A stretch of 64,000 nucleotides of DNA, from NCBI GenBank assembly GCA_903813345.2, contig CAIIXF020000001.1, forward strand, positions 48,174,001-48,238,000, in the 5' to 3' direction. The translations under genes were made by a program, and so were the position numbers. The notes below the pieces were generated by a model. It did no database searches and was not told the DNA's origin. It saw only the letters and a program-made list of their open reading frames with translations. The DNA comes from Owenia fusiformis. Its lineage: Eukaryota. Of this stretch, positions 12,300 to 25,082 are shown piece after piece. Every line of letters begins with the position of its first letter. Within the stretch, counting starts at the first letter, position 1.

Positions 12300-13745
12300 A
12301 TGCATAAAATGGGGAGTATTTCGATTGGGAGTAGTTTCTGGTCCTCCCATGACAGACACAGATGGGACATAGCACCAGGAAGAGACTGTTGCTCACAAAG
12401 ACCAAGAGATGACTGTTGCTCACCAAGACCAAGAGATGACTGTTGCTCACCAAGACCAAGAGATGATTGTTGCTCACCAAGACCACATCACAGACCAGGA
12501 GAAGACTGTTGCAAATGTATGTGTAAATTATGTGTGCTGTTCTTCTTAAAAAACAGAATGTCAACTAAACGCAAAATTTTTCTGCTCTGGACTGGCATAG
12601 GCATTTTGACTCTTTTAATAGGATTGACAGTACGTTTTGGCATATATGGTCAAAAATCCATATCTGCTGCGCCTGGTGACTCCCTGCTTCTGCCAAACTA
12701 CCAATCTGCATTTATGTGTACAGGAATTGATATAAAACTAAGTCAAATCAACACAGCAGTCGACGTCCTTCAATTTTCAAAAACACCACCACTGTCTGAG
12801 ACTAAACTAAGTCAAAAACTCCAAAAAGGAACCACTGTTCTTCCTTTCAAGTATGAGTTCTGGGGATTCCATTTACTCCCAGGCTCAAATGTACAAGTGG
12901 ACACAACCATAGTTAATGATATAGACCTTTATGTAATAAAAGGGAAAATGAATCTAGAGAGATGGAAGAATGATGCGGAATGCTGGGGATGTAAGCTAGC
13001 CAGTTATACATACCGATACATCCCAGGGAGGAGTTCAACCAAATTCACAGCCAACATTCCAATCAATAAAGAAGATGATTACTTTTTCATATATGCAAGT
13101 CTGAAATACACTCATTCTAATTTACCTTACACAGCAATAACAGCTGGCTTTTTGATTAACAGAGCACAGTATGATACCACAAATCCGATTAACAAGTGTT
13201 CATTGGGTGGAAACAATCAGCAATGCAGTCTGGATATGAATTACCTGTCACCGAAAAAAATCCTCATCAATTTCAAACCTGATTCTGAACTAGACAATAT
13301 TGATGTTGTAACATATTGCTATCCTAGATATACAATCTACTTTATACTTTTCCTTATCATACCTGGTTTAATAGGGAGTGCTATAACATTTGTCTTATTC
13401 ATAAAGGACTATTGCAGAAAAAGAAATGGTCAATATTCTTTATTTACTAATGTGACATCATCACTGTATCCACGGCAACAAAGCAACCCAAACCCCAGAT
13501 ATTCACTCATTGAAGATTCGGCTGAAAATGATGATAGTTACCCGTCAACTGTCCGCACCGATCCATATTCCCAGCCAACACATGGAAAATTCCAGGCCTA
13601 TACATGGCCAACAAAACAAGGAATGGGACCATCAAGCCCACAACCTCAACAGCCAAGTGCTCCAGTTATAACTGAGCCAAGTGCACCAATAGAAACTCAA
13701 CTTGAGGACCTTCCACCTTCATATGATAGCTTATTCCAGAAATAA
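12300..13745 (+). CDS. 481-aa two-TM membrane protein with an APD1-4 (former DUF4792/4793)-like lumenal region, no RING; single coding exon
   Basis: Long open ORF with TM1 IFLLWTGIGILTLLIGLTV and TM2 YTIYFILFLIIPGLIGSAITFVLFI. YEFWGFHLLPGSNV...LYVIKG..NLERW recalls the APD1-4 middle domain (from memory). Acceptor TTTTTTAAG near 12285 and an upstream donor CAG|GTAAGA at ~11968 suggest a non-coding first exon. Confidence 0.7.
   Translation: MHKMGSISIGSSFWSSHDRHRWDIAPGRDCCSQRPRDDCCSPRPRDDCCSPRPRDDCCSPRPHHRPGEDCCKCMCKLCVLFFLKNRMSTKRKIFLLWTGIGILTLLIGLTVRFGIYGQKSISAAPGDSLLLPNYQSAFMCTGIDIKLSQINTAVDVLQFSKTPPLSETKLSQKLQKGTTVLPFKYEFWGFHLLPGSNVQVDTTIVNDIDLYVIKGKMNLERWKNDAECWGCKLASYTYRYIPGRSSTKFTANIPINKEDDYFFIYASLKYTHSNLPYTAITAGFLINRAQYDTTNPINKCSLGGNNQQCSLDMNYLSPKKILINFKPDSELDNIDVVTYCYPRYTIYFILFLIIPGLIGSAITFVLFIKDYCRKRNGQYSLFTNVTSSLYPRQQSNPNPRYSLIEDSAENDDSYPSTVRTDPYSQPTHGKFQAYTWPTKQGMGPSSPQPQQPSAPVITEPSAPIETQLEDLPPSYDSLFQK
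12384..12485 (+). repeat. 27-bp coding tandem repeat encoding (DCCSPRPRD) about 4 times
   Basis: GACTGTTGCTCACCAAGACCAAGAGAT repeated in frame. Confidence 0.95.
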
Positions 13746-16700
13746 GATACAAACTAGAACTTCAAACATTGAATCCTTTTTTATGACACTTTGATAGCCA
13801 TTTCATTGATGTTTCGTGTACCTTCAAATGTAAAAAAAACACATTAATAATCATGTTAAGATCACACATTATTACATGTAATATGAAGAATTCCATATGA
13901 ATGAAACAGAATATCACATTATGACTTGTTATTAATACCATAGATTCAAACTTAAATAAAATCATTTTAATATAGCATATATTTACCATGTTCCATTATT
14001 TGCCCATGCTGACATTGAAAACTATGACCTTTTTAACACTCCCTTTAACTGGATTCCATCCGACTGCTTATAAAATAAGATATGTTTGCACATGTAAAAT
14101 GCATCAAACTCTTTTTATCTTTTTCACGTTTACTAGCATTTTAATCTGTCAAGTAACACATTGAAATGTATACCAGATCTTATTCAAACAAAAATAATGA
14201 CGATTTTCACATCACTTAATGCGCAAGTGTAACCTAAATGCTAACTTTGTTTTTTGTAAATTTGGCTGTATTTCTACATTGGAATAAACAGCCATAAACA
14301 TGAAAGTATACATTTATTTTGCATATTGAAATATAAGGTAGATATGCCTTATGACCTAATCCTCTAAAAATAGATGTGATGCAAACAACTAACATGGCAT
14401 TCTGCCTCATTATGCCCTGAAGCTAATTAATGTGCCAGACAGCCAGATAATCAGTAAAATCGCACCCATCGCACCCCCCTGGCTAGGCCTATTAAGCCCC
14501 TCCCCCTTTCTCAGAGAATAAAGTAGGGGACCAAGGGCTTGATGCAAAATCATCACTTGATTGTGACTTACCTCCAAAGCAACTTCTTCTAAAGTATAGT
14601 AGTACTTCATGATACCAACAGGTCGCTGTGTTCTTTCTGCTATATACTCCAAACTATCAATAGTCATCTCTTATCTCATTTCAATTGATCTTAATATTTT
14701 AACAGAATGGATCGGTATAACTTTCAGCCTACTTCACATTATAAAATCCTATTTCTTAGATTTAAATGTCACCAACTATAACTGTGTTAATGTGATCCTA
14801 TTTGGTTTAAAACATCCATATAAGATCTCAATCAAGGTTTTCTATTATCCATTTTTCTCCTGATCGAAATCTTTTAAAAATAACAATCCTGAGCTATTTC
14901 ATTTATTCATCACTTCAAAATACAAGTTGTTTTTACATCCACTGATTAGTAGACCACCTAGCTTATTTGCCACAACTAATAAATTCAGAATTTATTCCAA
15001 AATTTTCTAATTTAGGGCTTATGAATCAGACAATAATCATGAACAATTTCCCTGTTTGTCTATATGTTACATAGTCTGATCATAAAATAAACAAAGCTAA
15101 AAGGAAATACTATTAGACGAGTAATAACTACAGGGGGGTCATATGTATAACCACGGACCACAATCCATTTGGATTAAAATTACACAAAAAGGAGATATTT
15201 TCACTTCCACAGATTTGTATGTCTCATGAACATGGAAATGAATCAATATTTCATTTAAAATAAAAACAGGAAGTGAAAAAATCGTGACCTTAAAAACATA
15301 ACTGAAATTCAGATATTTCACCTTGATTAGATTTTTTCATAACAAGTCGGTCAGATGAATAACCACATAAAAACAAATCAACATTTGTAGTTTGTATACT
15401 ACAGACCATGGGCTTTATAAATAAATTTAACTCAATACTTCCTCACACTGGGCTTGAATCAAATCAACAACATGTATTAATTCTGGATAGACAAATTGAA
15501 AAATGTAGAGTATGATTTCTTGAATGGATCTTCATTCATGATTTTTATACAAATGTATTCTACATATATGTACAGTATAATGATCCTTGTACATTCTAAA
15601 CAAGCTCAAGCATTTGCTTCAAGCTAAAGCTGTTTGAAGCCAAATCCATACAGAAATTAAAGTTTGGAAAACTAGCTGAAAGAGACTAAAGGGAGTATTA
15701 AATTCTACAAGTAAGGTTCAAAAATTGAAAACAGGTGGGGACTTCTGTACAAGGACTTTTATTCCAGTATAAAAGACAGCCTGGTATTTACAGATGTAGT
15801 TAAGAGCTGCTTTAAAACTAAATGGTTGTTTATTACTAGTTTAGATACAGCATTATGGTATACCACAGTAACATTTCTTTTGTATAATTTCAGGTTATTG
15901 TATCAATTATACCAAAAGCATGATGCTTATAATTTTTTTTTAATTGTAGCACCAAAGGAGATGAAAGAGCTTAATTATCAAAATGATGAAAATGAGCATA
16001 GTAATTTAGAAACCTGATATGTTCCACATACTATAGGTGACATTTACTTATTCATATAAGCTCATCTATAAGGTTAACACTTTTGGTTTGAAATCATGTG
16101 TTTTTGTTATTTCTCAAAAATACCATTAGAACTTCATAAGGTCATATTTTTAAAGACTCTCCCACATTAGGCACTGTATACTGGAACCTAAGGACAAATT
16201 GCTTACTTTATTTTTCTAAAATGGCAGACTTTGAAGCCATTGTTTGCTTAAATAGGAGTGATATTCATTGGTAAAAAGCAGTTTTCTAGCTATCTTTAGA
16301 ACATCTAAATAATTTCTTGTGCTGCCTACCAGCTGGCTGTAGCATAAGACAATGCAATATACATGTAGCTCTTCCTAAATACAATAAAGTACCAAAATGT
16401 CCTCATGAACCAATAGCATTGTCCGAATATGCCATATTTTGACATCATTGCATCAATAATTTTCAAGAGTAAACAATAATATATATGACATGTTTAAATT
16501 TCAGATTTAATGCTAAAACAGTTGCACTAAAATACTAAATGCAAAAACATTCTCTGGACTCCTCCGACTCCTTTTGAATGCTTTGGTGAACTAGCACAAT
16601 TTATGGTACAATACGTACATTAATGTTGTGTGTCACAATTGCCAAATAATAATAAAAATACTGTATGTTAAAATTTACCCCTTTCTGAGTGTTGAGAACT

Positions 16701-17749
16701 GGTAGTTTAAATATCAAACCTTTATGTATCCATTTTCTTATCATGACATGAGCGATAAATTTAAATTCTAAACCTGTATATTGCGATATCTATATTAGTT
16801 TGTTCCAGAAAATGATTTATCAAAAACTATTTTTGCATACCCAACAACAACACAACCTTACATCAGATGGACAGCCTCTACTTTGCCATGGATGGAATCA
16901 TAGCAGATTTCTTTAACTTGTTATTAATTCTCCTCTGATACTGTTTATTAGCTAGTAGAACCTTGTTTTGCAGAGGCCGAGGCAATAGAAGAGCGCTTGA
17001 CCAGTCTGCGAATCAAATGCTTCTTTATAAAAATGGACACTCTGATGGTATGTCAAATATGAATGTCAAGCCAGAATATTACTAAACAGATAAAAGTACA
17101 TATTTATATCAAAGTGTGGGTTTGAGCAAGACACAACAAATCACAGAAAATTTAGTAGAGTTGTCCCGAAAATCTAAATTTCCCTCCTTGTTGTCTGTAT
17201 ACGAAGAATGAAGACAGGTGTTTATTGAAAAATTTCACCCCATACTGTCAATGTTCATATTATTTATTATTAATCATATTATTTGTAGTTTACATTATGC
17301 CAGTAGATACATTACGAATGTAGATACCCTTGCTACATTATGTTTGGAACATTTTAACTCTAAAATTTGGTTTTTTAAAACTTAGGATGCATGTTTATAA
17401 TAATTATTTGCGCCAATGAATTGGATACTAAAGGCTATGGTCTTTCAAAGCCAAATCTAAAAAATGGACCTCTTGCAGATTGTCCTTATGGATGGCAGTT
17501 AGATATTGATTTGTCATAACAGTGAGATGCTCAGTAAAAGTCAGCTGAACACCAATTCTTGAGATAAGAGATAAGATACAAGATATACAGCATGGAGTGA
17601 AATTTTTCTCAAGTCTTCTGTCTATTTTCCCTGGTATACAGCAAGGGTGGGGTAATTCTACTAGCTGTCCCGGTGCCTTTGTAACAAAGATGACATCATA
17701 CAGCTTAAGGTCAGGGTGCATGTTCCGAATTTTGCTGCAACCCTCAATA

Positions 17750-18036
17750 GGGTCACATGTTATTTCTCAAATTTGAATCACTCCTTCTCCACAATGTCTA
17801 CATCTCTCACTTTTGCAAAACGAGTGCACTAATGTACCTAGAAAAAATGTAGAGAAGAATGTTTTGATAAAATTTTTAAAAATTTTAGCAAAACATTCTC
17901 TCGTTTTTTATACATTTTGCAAAACAAATCTTCTCCCCAATCTTTTCTAGTTACATAAGTGCACTTTTTTGCAAAACTAGAAGATGTAGACAATGTGGGG
18001 AAGGAGTGATTCCTGTTTGAAAAATAACATGTGGCT
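17750..18036. mobile_element. Palindromic MITE (~285 bp)
   Basis: GTCACATGTTATTT..AATCACTCCTTCTCCACAATGTCTACATC is the inverse of GATGTAGACAATGTGGGGAAGGAGTGATT..AAATAACATGTGGC. Confidence 0.75.
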
Positions 18037-18112
18037 CATGGATTGGAGGAATTGTTCTGTGAAGGAGAGTATCAACAAGCCTTTTTATCACCTCAGTTTT
18101 AGTACCTTAGAT

Positions 18113-18859
18113 TAGGGCCATGCCATTCGACCGAAGTCGGTCCGAACCGCAAACTTTTGCTTGAATACCGGTATTCGGAAATTTCATATCATGTTCCGAA
18201 GGGTTTCAGAACAAGCATCAGAACCTTACCTACTATTGGCTTTGAATTTTGAAATGTTATATCTAAGTCCAGTGTTTCCCCGGTAATGTTTGCCTTCAAA
18301 CTGCGTCAAATATACATGTGTATTAGTCGTATAAATATAATAAATAGCATTGAAATCAAATTTTGTTTTGATTTGAGAGTATGACCTTCAGCATTCACTG
18401 GAAGTTTGAATCGACGGGGCAGAATCACTGATTGATAAATAATTAAATCAATTTAACAACGATCTTTACAACCTACACTTTTTATAATTATCTAAGATAA
18501 CTAGATTTATGGTACATCTGAGTAAATACTCACCTATGACAGATATTTTACGAGTACCGTTGCGTGTACATTTCATATATATTTTTGTTTGCCATCTAGA
18601 TTTACATGAAAGTGAAAATGGCCGGCAAACCAAATCATGAGGAGAAGGGGATAAAAGATCGATAGTTTTTAAGTTTACTTTGGAGTTTTACTTTCAATTG
18701 ATCAAAACAAATGTAGAATGATGTGCGAATTATGCCAAGACACTGTCATATTATCTTATTAAGTAGGTTCATTTCTTTTTTGTTTCTTGGTTTGTGGTCT
18801 GAAAGTTCTGATTCCGTGAAACAAAGTTCAGATTCCGAACCGATTCTGGCACAGCCATA
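18113..18859. mobile_element. hAT-like non-autonomous element
   Basis: Ends TAGGGCCATGCCA / TGGCACAGCCATA; 8-bp flanks CCTTAGAT vs CCTTAGAA (7/8 match); subterminal TCCGAA repeats. Confidence 0.65.
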
Positions 18860-18995
18860 CCTTAGAATTTAGATGCTTCTTAATCTCAGTAGATATAAAA
18901 TATTGTTTCCAAAATTGTTGTGATGTGCGATAATTAGGACTAAATGTACTTTAAACAGGTCAACTCAGAAGAACTCAAAAGAATGCAACGGATCT

Positions 18996-19100
18996 GTCAC
19001 GTGACCTATTCTCATTCTAAAGCGGGAAACTTTCAAATAAATTCAAATTGTACCAATCAGCGTCGAGATAAAATTGATCATGTGATTTGCACGTGACCAC
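18996..19100. promoter_or_regulatory. Promoter-like motif cluster: palindromic GTCACGTGAC (CLEAR/USF-type E-box), CCAAT box, second CACGTGAC
   Basis: GTCACGTGAC at 18996-19005, CCAATCAG at ~19053, GCACGTGACC at ~19089. Target gene not identified. Confidence 0.35.
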
Positions 19101-19895
19101 CATCGGTCAAAATGAGGTGAAGAGTCATCCATTGTACCATTTGCATTTCAGGATCTTACCAGTCCACAAAAAACAGTGAAATCATGTAAAATTACAACTA
19201 ATACTTTAAAATTGAGGCAGATTAGATTTGACAAGACTCTACACAACACAGCTGTTCGAGTTACAGTCACCTAGTCAAGTGAACTCGACTTAATGTTGTT
19301 GTTTCACGTTTCTTTTTGACGATTTGGATATTTGTTTTTTATTTTTGTTTTCAACATTTGCGTCGAGGATATTAAGCCCTGTATATTGCGGTAAATGCTT
19401 TTCTGCCCTCTATGCTCAACAAAAGTTACACAGATAAGATAATGGATCCAATGCTTCAACTAGAATGTATTAACTCTTACCTTAAACACAGGAAGTACTT
19501 GATAATTGAAGAAATGTAATCATTTTCGTATATGTTTGAACCAATTTCCAATATGGTTCTCAAGGTCACTCAAGGTCACTGAATACTGTCTAAATGTGAA
19601 ACAATGCAACCAAAACGAAATCGTAATTATTTATTACCAACATATCTGTTTTCGGTTTCTTCACCCTCCTTGGTGTCTGAGAAGGCGATTCAATTGTCAT
19701 AAGACGATGATAAACTTTCGAGTTGAAATCTCGATCTCAATATGGCTGCTGTTATTTATTGTAATTTCGTTTTTCGCTTCACCTAGAGTTTTACTTTTAC
19801 ACAATCATTACCCAGAATGCATCTACACATGGGGAAAAAAAATTTTCCAGAAAAATTCTTATACTTCTTCAATTATCAAGCGTTTGACGTGTGTA

Positions 19896-20434
19896 AGGTA
19901 GGATTAAATACATTATCGATGAAAAGCATATTCTAATACATAATTTGTGTGATTTTGGTTGCCTAAACAGGCCAGGAAAGCATTTCCCTCAATTTACAAC
20001 CGGGAAGTGTGTACGACCCTAGTATGCAAGAAAATAACAAAAAATAAATATCCAAATTATCAAAAAATAATGACAAATAAAGCATACGATGGTCGGATTT
20101 ATATGACTACAGTCACCAAGATGAGCTAATTTCAGGCGAGATTTGGGAAAGAAGGTACTCTTCTCATTTTTTTCTCATTCCTGTTGCCAAACATGTTGCT
20201 TGTTGATACTATCCTTCGCAGAACGGTTTCTCTAATCCGTGATGTGACTCAATTGAAGAATGCAGCAAAATTCCGAACATGCTACTGAGACTTGCAATTC
20301 AACACACTTGCCAAAGTTAAAAGTAAAAAAAACATCAAAAATAATTAAAACTTGAAATTTAAAGTTGATTTTTACATGAATGCATGCAGTATATGCCACG
20401 AAATTACGGATATAAAATCTTTTGATACTTACCT
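19896..20434. mobile_element. Kolobok-like ~540-bp unit (possibly a KolobokP-type solo repeat) within a cluster of nested DNA-transposon fragments (~19.6-21.6 kb)
   Basis: Imperfect short inverted ends AGGTAGGATTAAA / TTTGATACTTACCT; locally CpG-richer than the flanks. No clean TSD. Confidence 0.3.
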
Positions 20435-21654
20435 AACTATTCCTTCACTTGTCGATACTCTTCGAATGAGTTTATCTTACTTTTTAAGAGTTTTGTGATA
20501 GTTTCAGGAATCTGAAAAAGTTGACCTACTTTTCTGATGGCGGAAGTCACGTATAATCTCGAATGTCTGAGAAGGAATTTCACATAGATATTTTGATTAA
20601 ACAGCACCTTTACTAATATAAGAAATACTATGCATTGGTAAATGTTATCAAAATTAGCATGGACTTTACTCAATAACTCTTATTTGTCATTTCACCGAAA
20701 AGAATTATTCGAAAGGTGGCGCTGCTGGAAGGAGAATTTTTTTTTGAAAAAGGTAAGTTTGCATTTTCTACTTTTGTGACTCTTCGACAATTCTATGAAA
20801 CATATTAATCAGTTTAAACGGTAATACCATTATGTAAGAATAATTTCGGGAAACAATGGCGTTTTTGCCATGTGAATTTCAAAAATCACGTCGTCTAAAA
20901 CACAGAGAACTTTTTACAGTGGGAAAGAGTCAAAGAAGAGGGAAACCCCAGAGCCATAGGCCTAGATCCCGGCCAGATTCTTTTGTAAAGTGTAGGATGG
21001 GCCGGTGAATTCGTACGAATTCACGGCCCCAGAAGCTCAAAGAATAATTCGGAAGATATGTCACTAAGAAAGACGATTGTGCAGCCATTTTAGAAATATA
21101 TGAGACAAATCATACCTCTATCGAAGTGGCTTGTTCTTTACCTATCTGATCACTAATGAACGGTATTCAAGCAATACTGCATTGATAAGAGGCCAAAATA
21201 GTGATATTTTATCTTCGGGCTCTTGTCTGTCTAAATCTGAATGGTCCTCCCGTCCGTCATTCTAGAAATGTGACTTCAGCATTACAATGATATTTGGACA
21301 CACAAGAGCCTGGATCAAGACAAAAATATTTGCCATATTAAAAGTCAAATAACTGCATTCATACACGGACCTCTGCCAGATTACCTCCTCTGTGTCTACA
21401 TGGGCTTTCAACTGCCATGGTGTCACATTCAAGAAAGCGTCTGTTGATAAAAGCATAAAATAAGCTAGCGTATATTTAATGGAGTGCTTCGCTTATTTCC
21501 GTTGTTCAAATGTTTATTCCCGAAGTCTTTTCTGAGAATATGACACCACTCCGGATGACGTCACATCAGAGATTACCGAGAAACCCCATGGGGTATCTTT
21601 AAAATCCTTTAGAAACAATAACAACGGTTTATTAGGCGACACGATCTTTACTTT

Positions 21655-22800
21655 CATTGGCTGGTTCAGATCCTGGCTTGTGGGAAGATCACAACAGGTA
21701 GTGCTCGATGGTGAATCAAGTTCAAAAACTCCAGTAAAATCAGGAGTTCCTCAAGGAACAGTTCTTGGACCACTCTGTTTCCTTGTTTATATCAATGATA
21801 TGGGCAATAACCTATCATCCTCAGCCAGTCTTAAGCTTTTTGCCGACGACAGCCTTTTATTCATGACAGTCGAAAGCAAGCAAGATGCATTAACACTACA
21901 GGAGAATCTTGATAAACTGGTCTCCTGGGCATCAACATGGCAAATGAAATTCCATCCATCAAAATGCTATGTGCTAAATATTCACAAAGGTAAATCTCCT
22001 ATCATGCACAATTACACCATGCTAGGGGAAAACCTTAAGTCGGTAACACACATCCCATACCTAGGAATTGACATCACAAATAACTTACGCTGGACTACAC
22101 ATATTCAAACTATTGTATCCAAAGCCAATAAGGTGCTTGGATTTCTCAGGCGCAACCTCCATCAATGCCCTGAAAAAGTGAAGGCTCAGGCGTATAAGTC
22201 AATAGTCCGGCCTAATTTAGAGTATGCCAGCTCGGCATGAGATCCATACCGACTAAAAGATATTGATATGTTGGAACAGGTACAGAGAAGAGCAGCCAGG
22301 TTTGTAACCAAATGTCACTCAAGGGAACCAGGCTGCGTCACCAAAGCTCTTCAAGACCGACAGTGGGAGCCACTGAAGGAGCGTCGAGAGGCTGCTAGAG
22401 TTTTCCTTTTCTACAAAGGAAAGCAGAACCTAGCAGCCATCGACGTGCCTCCATACTTCCGCCAACAGATCAATACCAACACTAGGTTGTATCATCCTTC
22501 TAAGTTCATACAACCATCAACTAGAACGGATGCATACAAATTTAGCTATTTCCCTAGGACAATAGCTAAATGGAACACTCTACCTGGTGACATATTAGAC
22601 TGTGACAGTCTAAGTAGTTTTAAATCATCATACTATGCCTATGTCAATAACTGCAATTAAATAGGTGTGTTTTTAATATAGATCTATGTTTTAATGTAAA
22701 GGGTCTTAAGTGCACAGCAACAAGCCTGCACTACTGGTAAAGAGGGGTGATGTCAACGCGGTAGCCTGACAGTCTCCACAGGTAAAATGAGTTGTAAACC
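21655..22800 (+). mobile_element. 5'-truncated non-LTR retrotransposon (CR1/L2-group), RT C-terminal half with one premature stop
   Basis: SGVPQGTVLGPLCFLVYINDM, LFADD, YLGI, RPNLEYASSA*DPY, LEQVQRRAARF, SYFPRTIAKWNTLP. TGA at 22238-22240 replaces the usual Trp and the frame continues to 22660. Confidence 0.9.
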
Positions 22801-23609
22801 ATAGATCTATTTTTAAATGTTAAGGTTTTAAATTATATTCTATTCAAATTCTATCACTGTTAAATTATATATCTGCTTTATATGGGCTTATTAGCCTTTT
22901 GCAGATTATTGACATAGACATAGACATAGGCTGTTTGTTGTGATGTGACATTATTTGAGAGACGAACAACATCGGATATTGCCGGAAATTACCAAACACT
23001 CCATTATATTTACGCTCTGAAAATTTGAAAGAAATGTCCCGGGAAAATTCCAGTCCCAGTGTCAATAATGGATATCATGCAACCATTCAAACTAATACAT
23101 AAAGAAGAGATTACAGGGTAAATATTGATCAATCAATGACTGACAGATGGAAAAAATAAAGGTCAGTACGAGGGTCATATTTTTGGGTGGTCATTTTTGA
23201 TGTAGCATTTTTGGCTCGTGTCTTATCTTCCCATTTATCCTTTGAGCATACTACCAATAGGGGCTAGATCTGGCTCCGGTTCTTTGGATCCATAGGTTAT
23301 TTACTCAAACCAAACAAGTAGAATTAGAAAGATGAAGATCTCAGCTATAAAATAAGTGCAAAATCTGTCACGGGGAAGCAGGTACCATTTTGTATTTAAG
23401 GAACGTTTTGAAATTTTCCAATATAGTGACGCATCTTCTGAATTATTCTTTGAGCCTATCAGATCCTACTACATAATGATCTGGCCAACATCTGTGCCTA
23501 GAGCTTTAGTGATGACAGACATATAGGCTAACATCTCTTGCGTACCACCTTCATTTGTATTGTAATGACCCGAGGGCGCCCCAGGGGAATGACTAACTAA
23601 CGAGCATAG

Positions 23610-23782
23610 TGTAACAAGCCAGATAAAGAAATTGAAAGAAAGTGTGCTAAATTCAATGCCCCGTGTGGGAATCGAACCTAGGACCCTTGGATCCGAAGTC
23701 TGATGCTCTACCGACTGAGCTATAAAGGCTTGAGCCACTACAGCTGGACTGTAGTAGCAACTTGCTATCAAGGGTCGTTACA
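23610..23782 (-). mobile_element. 173-bp solo-LTR-like unit (TGTAAC...GTTACA) carrying a tRNA-like sequence; resembles Ajax-type non-autonomous LTR elements
   Basis: Inverted ends CATAGTGTAACAAGCC / GGGTCGTTACACTATG around a tRNA-Lys-like core. No direct TSD is evident. Confidence 0.55.
23657..23729 (-). pseudogene. tRNA-derived sequence (tRNA-Lys-like body, TCG at the anticodon position); not a functional tRNA
   Basis: GCCTTTATAGCTCAGTCGGTAGAGCATCAGACTTCGGATCCAAGGGTCCTAGGTTCGATTCCCACACGGGGCA: A and B boxes and D-arm intact, but acceptor, anticodon and T stems are mispaired. Confidence 0.8.
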
Positions 23783-24464
23783 CTATGTTGTTAAAATTGT
23801 ATCAAAATTGGACATATTTATGTGATATCTCTAACACATTGAATAGCGTCTAGCAGAATACATACACAATAATTTCATACATGATTCATACGAGTTTGCA
23901 CACAATGTTAGTAAAATCACACATGTACATGCGTATTTGTGAATTGCATTGTTTAAAAATGACCTCGAACAGAGTATTCAAGTTGAATAAATACTAATAC
24001 GGCTCACAAAAACGTTTTTCCGTTCACAAAACATGATGTGATGACCTGATGTGAAGATCACACACCTTGATGTAACATAACTTTTTTTTTAGAGATGTTC
24101 GAAATTTTGTTTGCGATTTTATTGATACTGCTCGTAGGTTTCAACTCCACATATAAATATATCTGAAGACCAAAAATTTCTTAGTTTTAGAAATAACAAA
24201 AATTTAAATAACACAAAGTTAAATCTGCCCCATTTGCTCATTCATGCCACATCCAACATTTCTCACAAGCTCCGCCTGCATAGGGTATGTAATCTGATCC
24301 GTGATCTGTCCCGGCACTTTACATTTTCTGATTGTTGTCCTTTACTCAATTAAAGCTTTACTTTCAGATACTGTCAGACATTGAGCTCTTAAATTTTGGA
24401 GAAACATTTTGTGGTAAGTTTAATTTTTTTATTTTGTACTGAAATAAACCAGATGCCAGTGGGT

Positions 24465-24783
24465 TTCACCCCCAGGTGGCTAATTTGGGTTAGATAACGT
24501 GGCAGATATAATAGAAAGTTCCCCAAATTTGGATATTCATCAATTCAAGTGTGTCAATTTTCATATAAGCTGTATCTGTCTGAAAATTATACAAATGAAA
24601 CTATGTCTAGTAAAATAAAATATTATCTCCATATGAAAGGATATTTGGTCATATTTCACTTTTGTGATTTTATAACACGGGGTCTATGGGGAATTTACCT
24701 GACCTAGAAGTCACATTTTCAAAAAAAAAAAAATTTTTAAAGTTGATAGATAATTTTTTGAACCACATTTCTAGATGTAATTT
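24465..24783 (+). repeat. ~315-bp interspersed repeat; an inverted copy lies at ~35847-36160
   Basis: TTCACCCCCAGGTGGCTAATTTGGG...CCACATTTCTAGATGTAATTT matches the reverse complement of 35847-36160. Confidence 0.75.
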
Positions 24784-25082
24784 TTTTATATATACGAGGG
24801 GTGATCAATAAGTAATGGACGCTTTTTTATACAGATGTTTTTTATTGACCAATCCCTTTGATTTTCTCACCAGTGATACATCATTCAATAATCTATGAAC
24901 TCTGAAGATTTGATTCATATTGAAATTTCCAGTTTACCTGGAGAATATATAAGAACATATCAAAATCATTAATCAGTTTATTTGTTTCATTGTATGTTGG
25001 CAACAAGCCTCACAAATAGAATAAATAGGATTGGGAAAGTCAAACCATCAGTTATTCTATAAGTTACTATAATTATAATTAG

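Noticed and set aside
23657..23729. Functional tRNA-Arg(TCG) gene
   Set aside because: Acceptor, anticodon and T stems are mispaired, the body is Lys-like, and it is embedded in an LTR-like unit.
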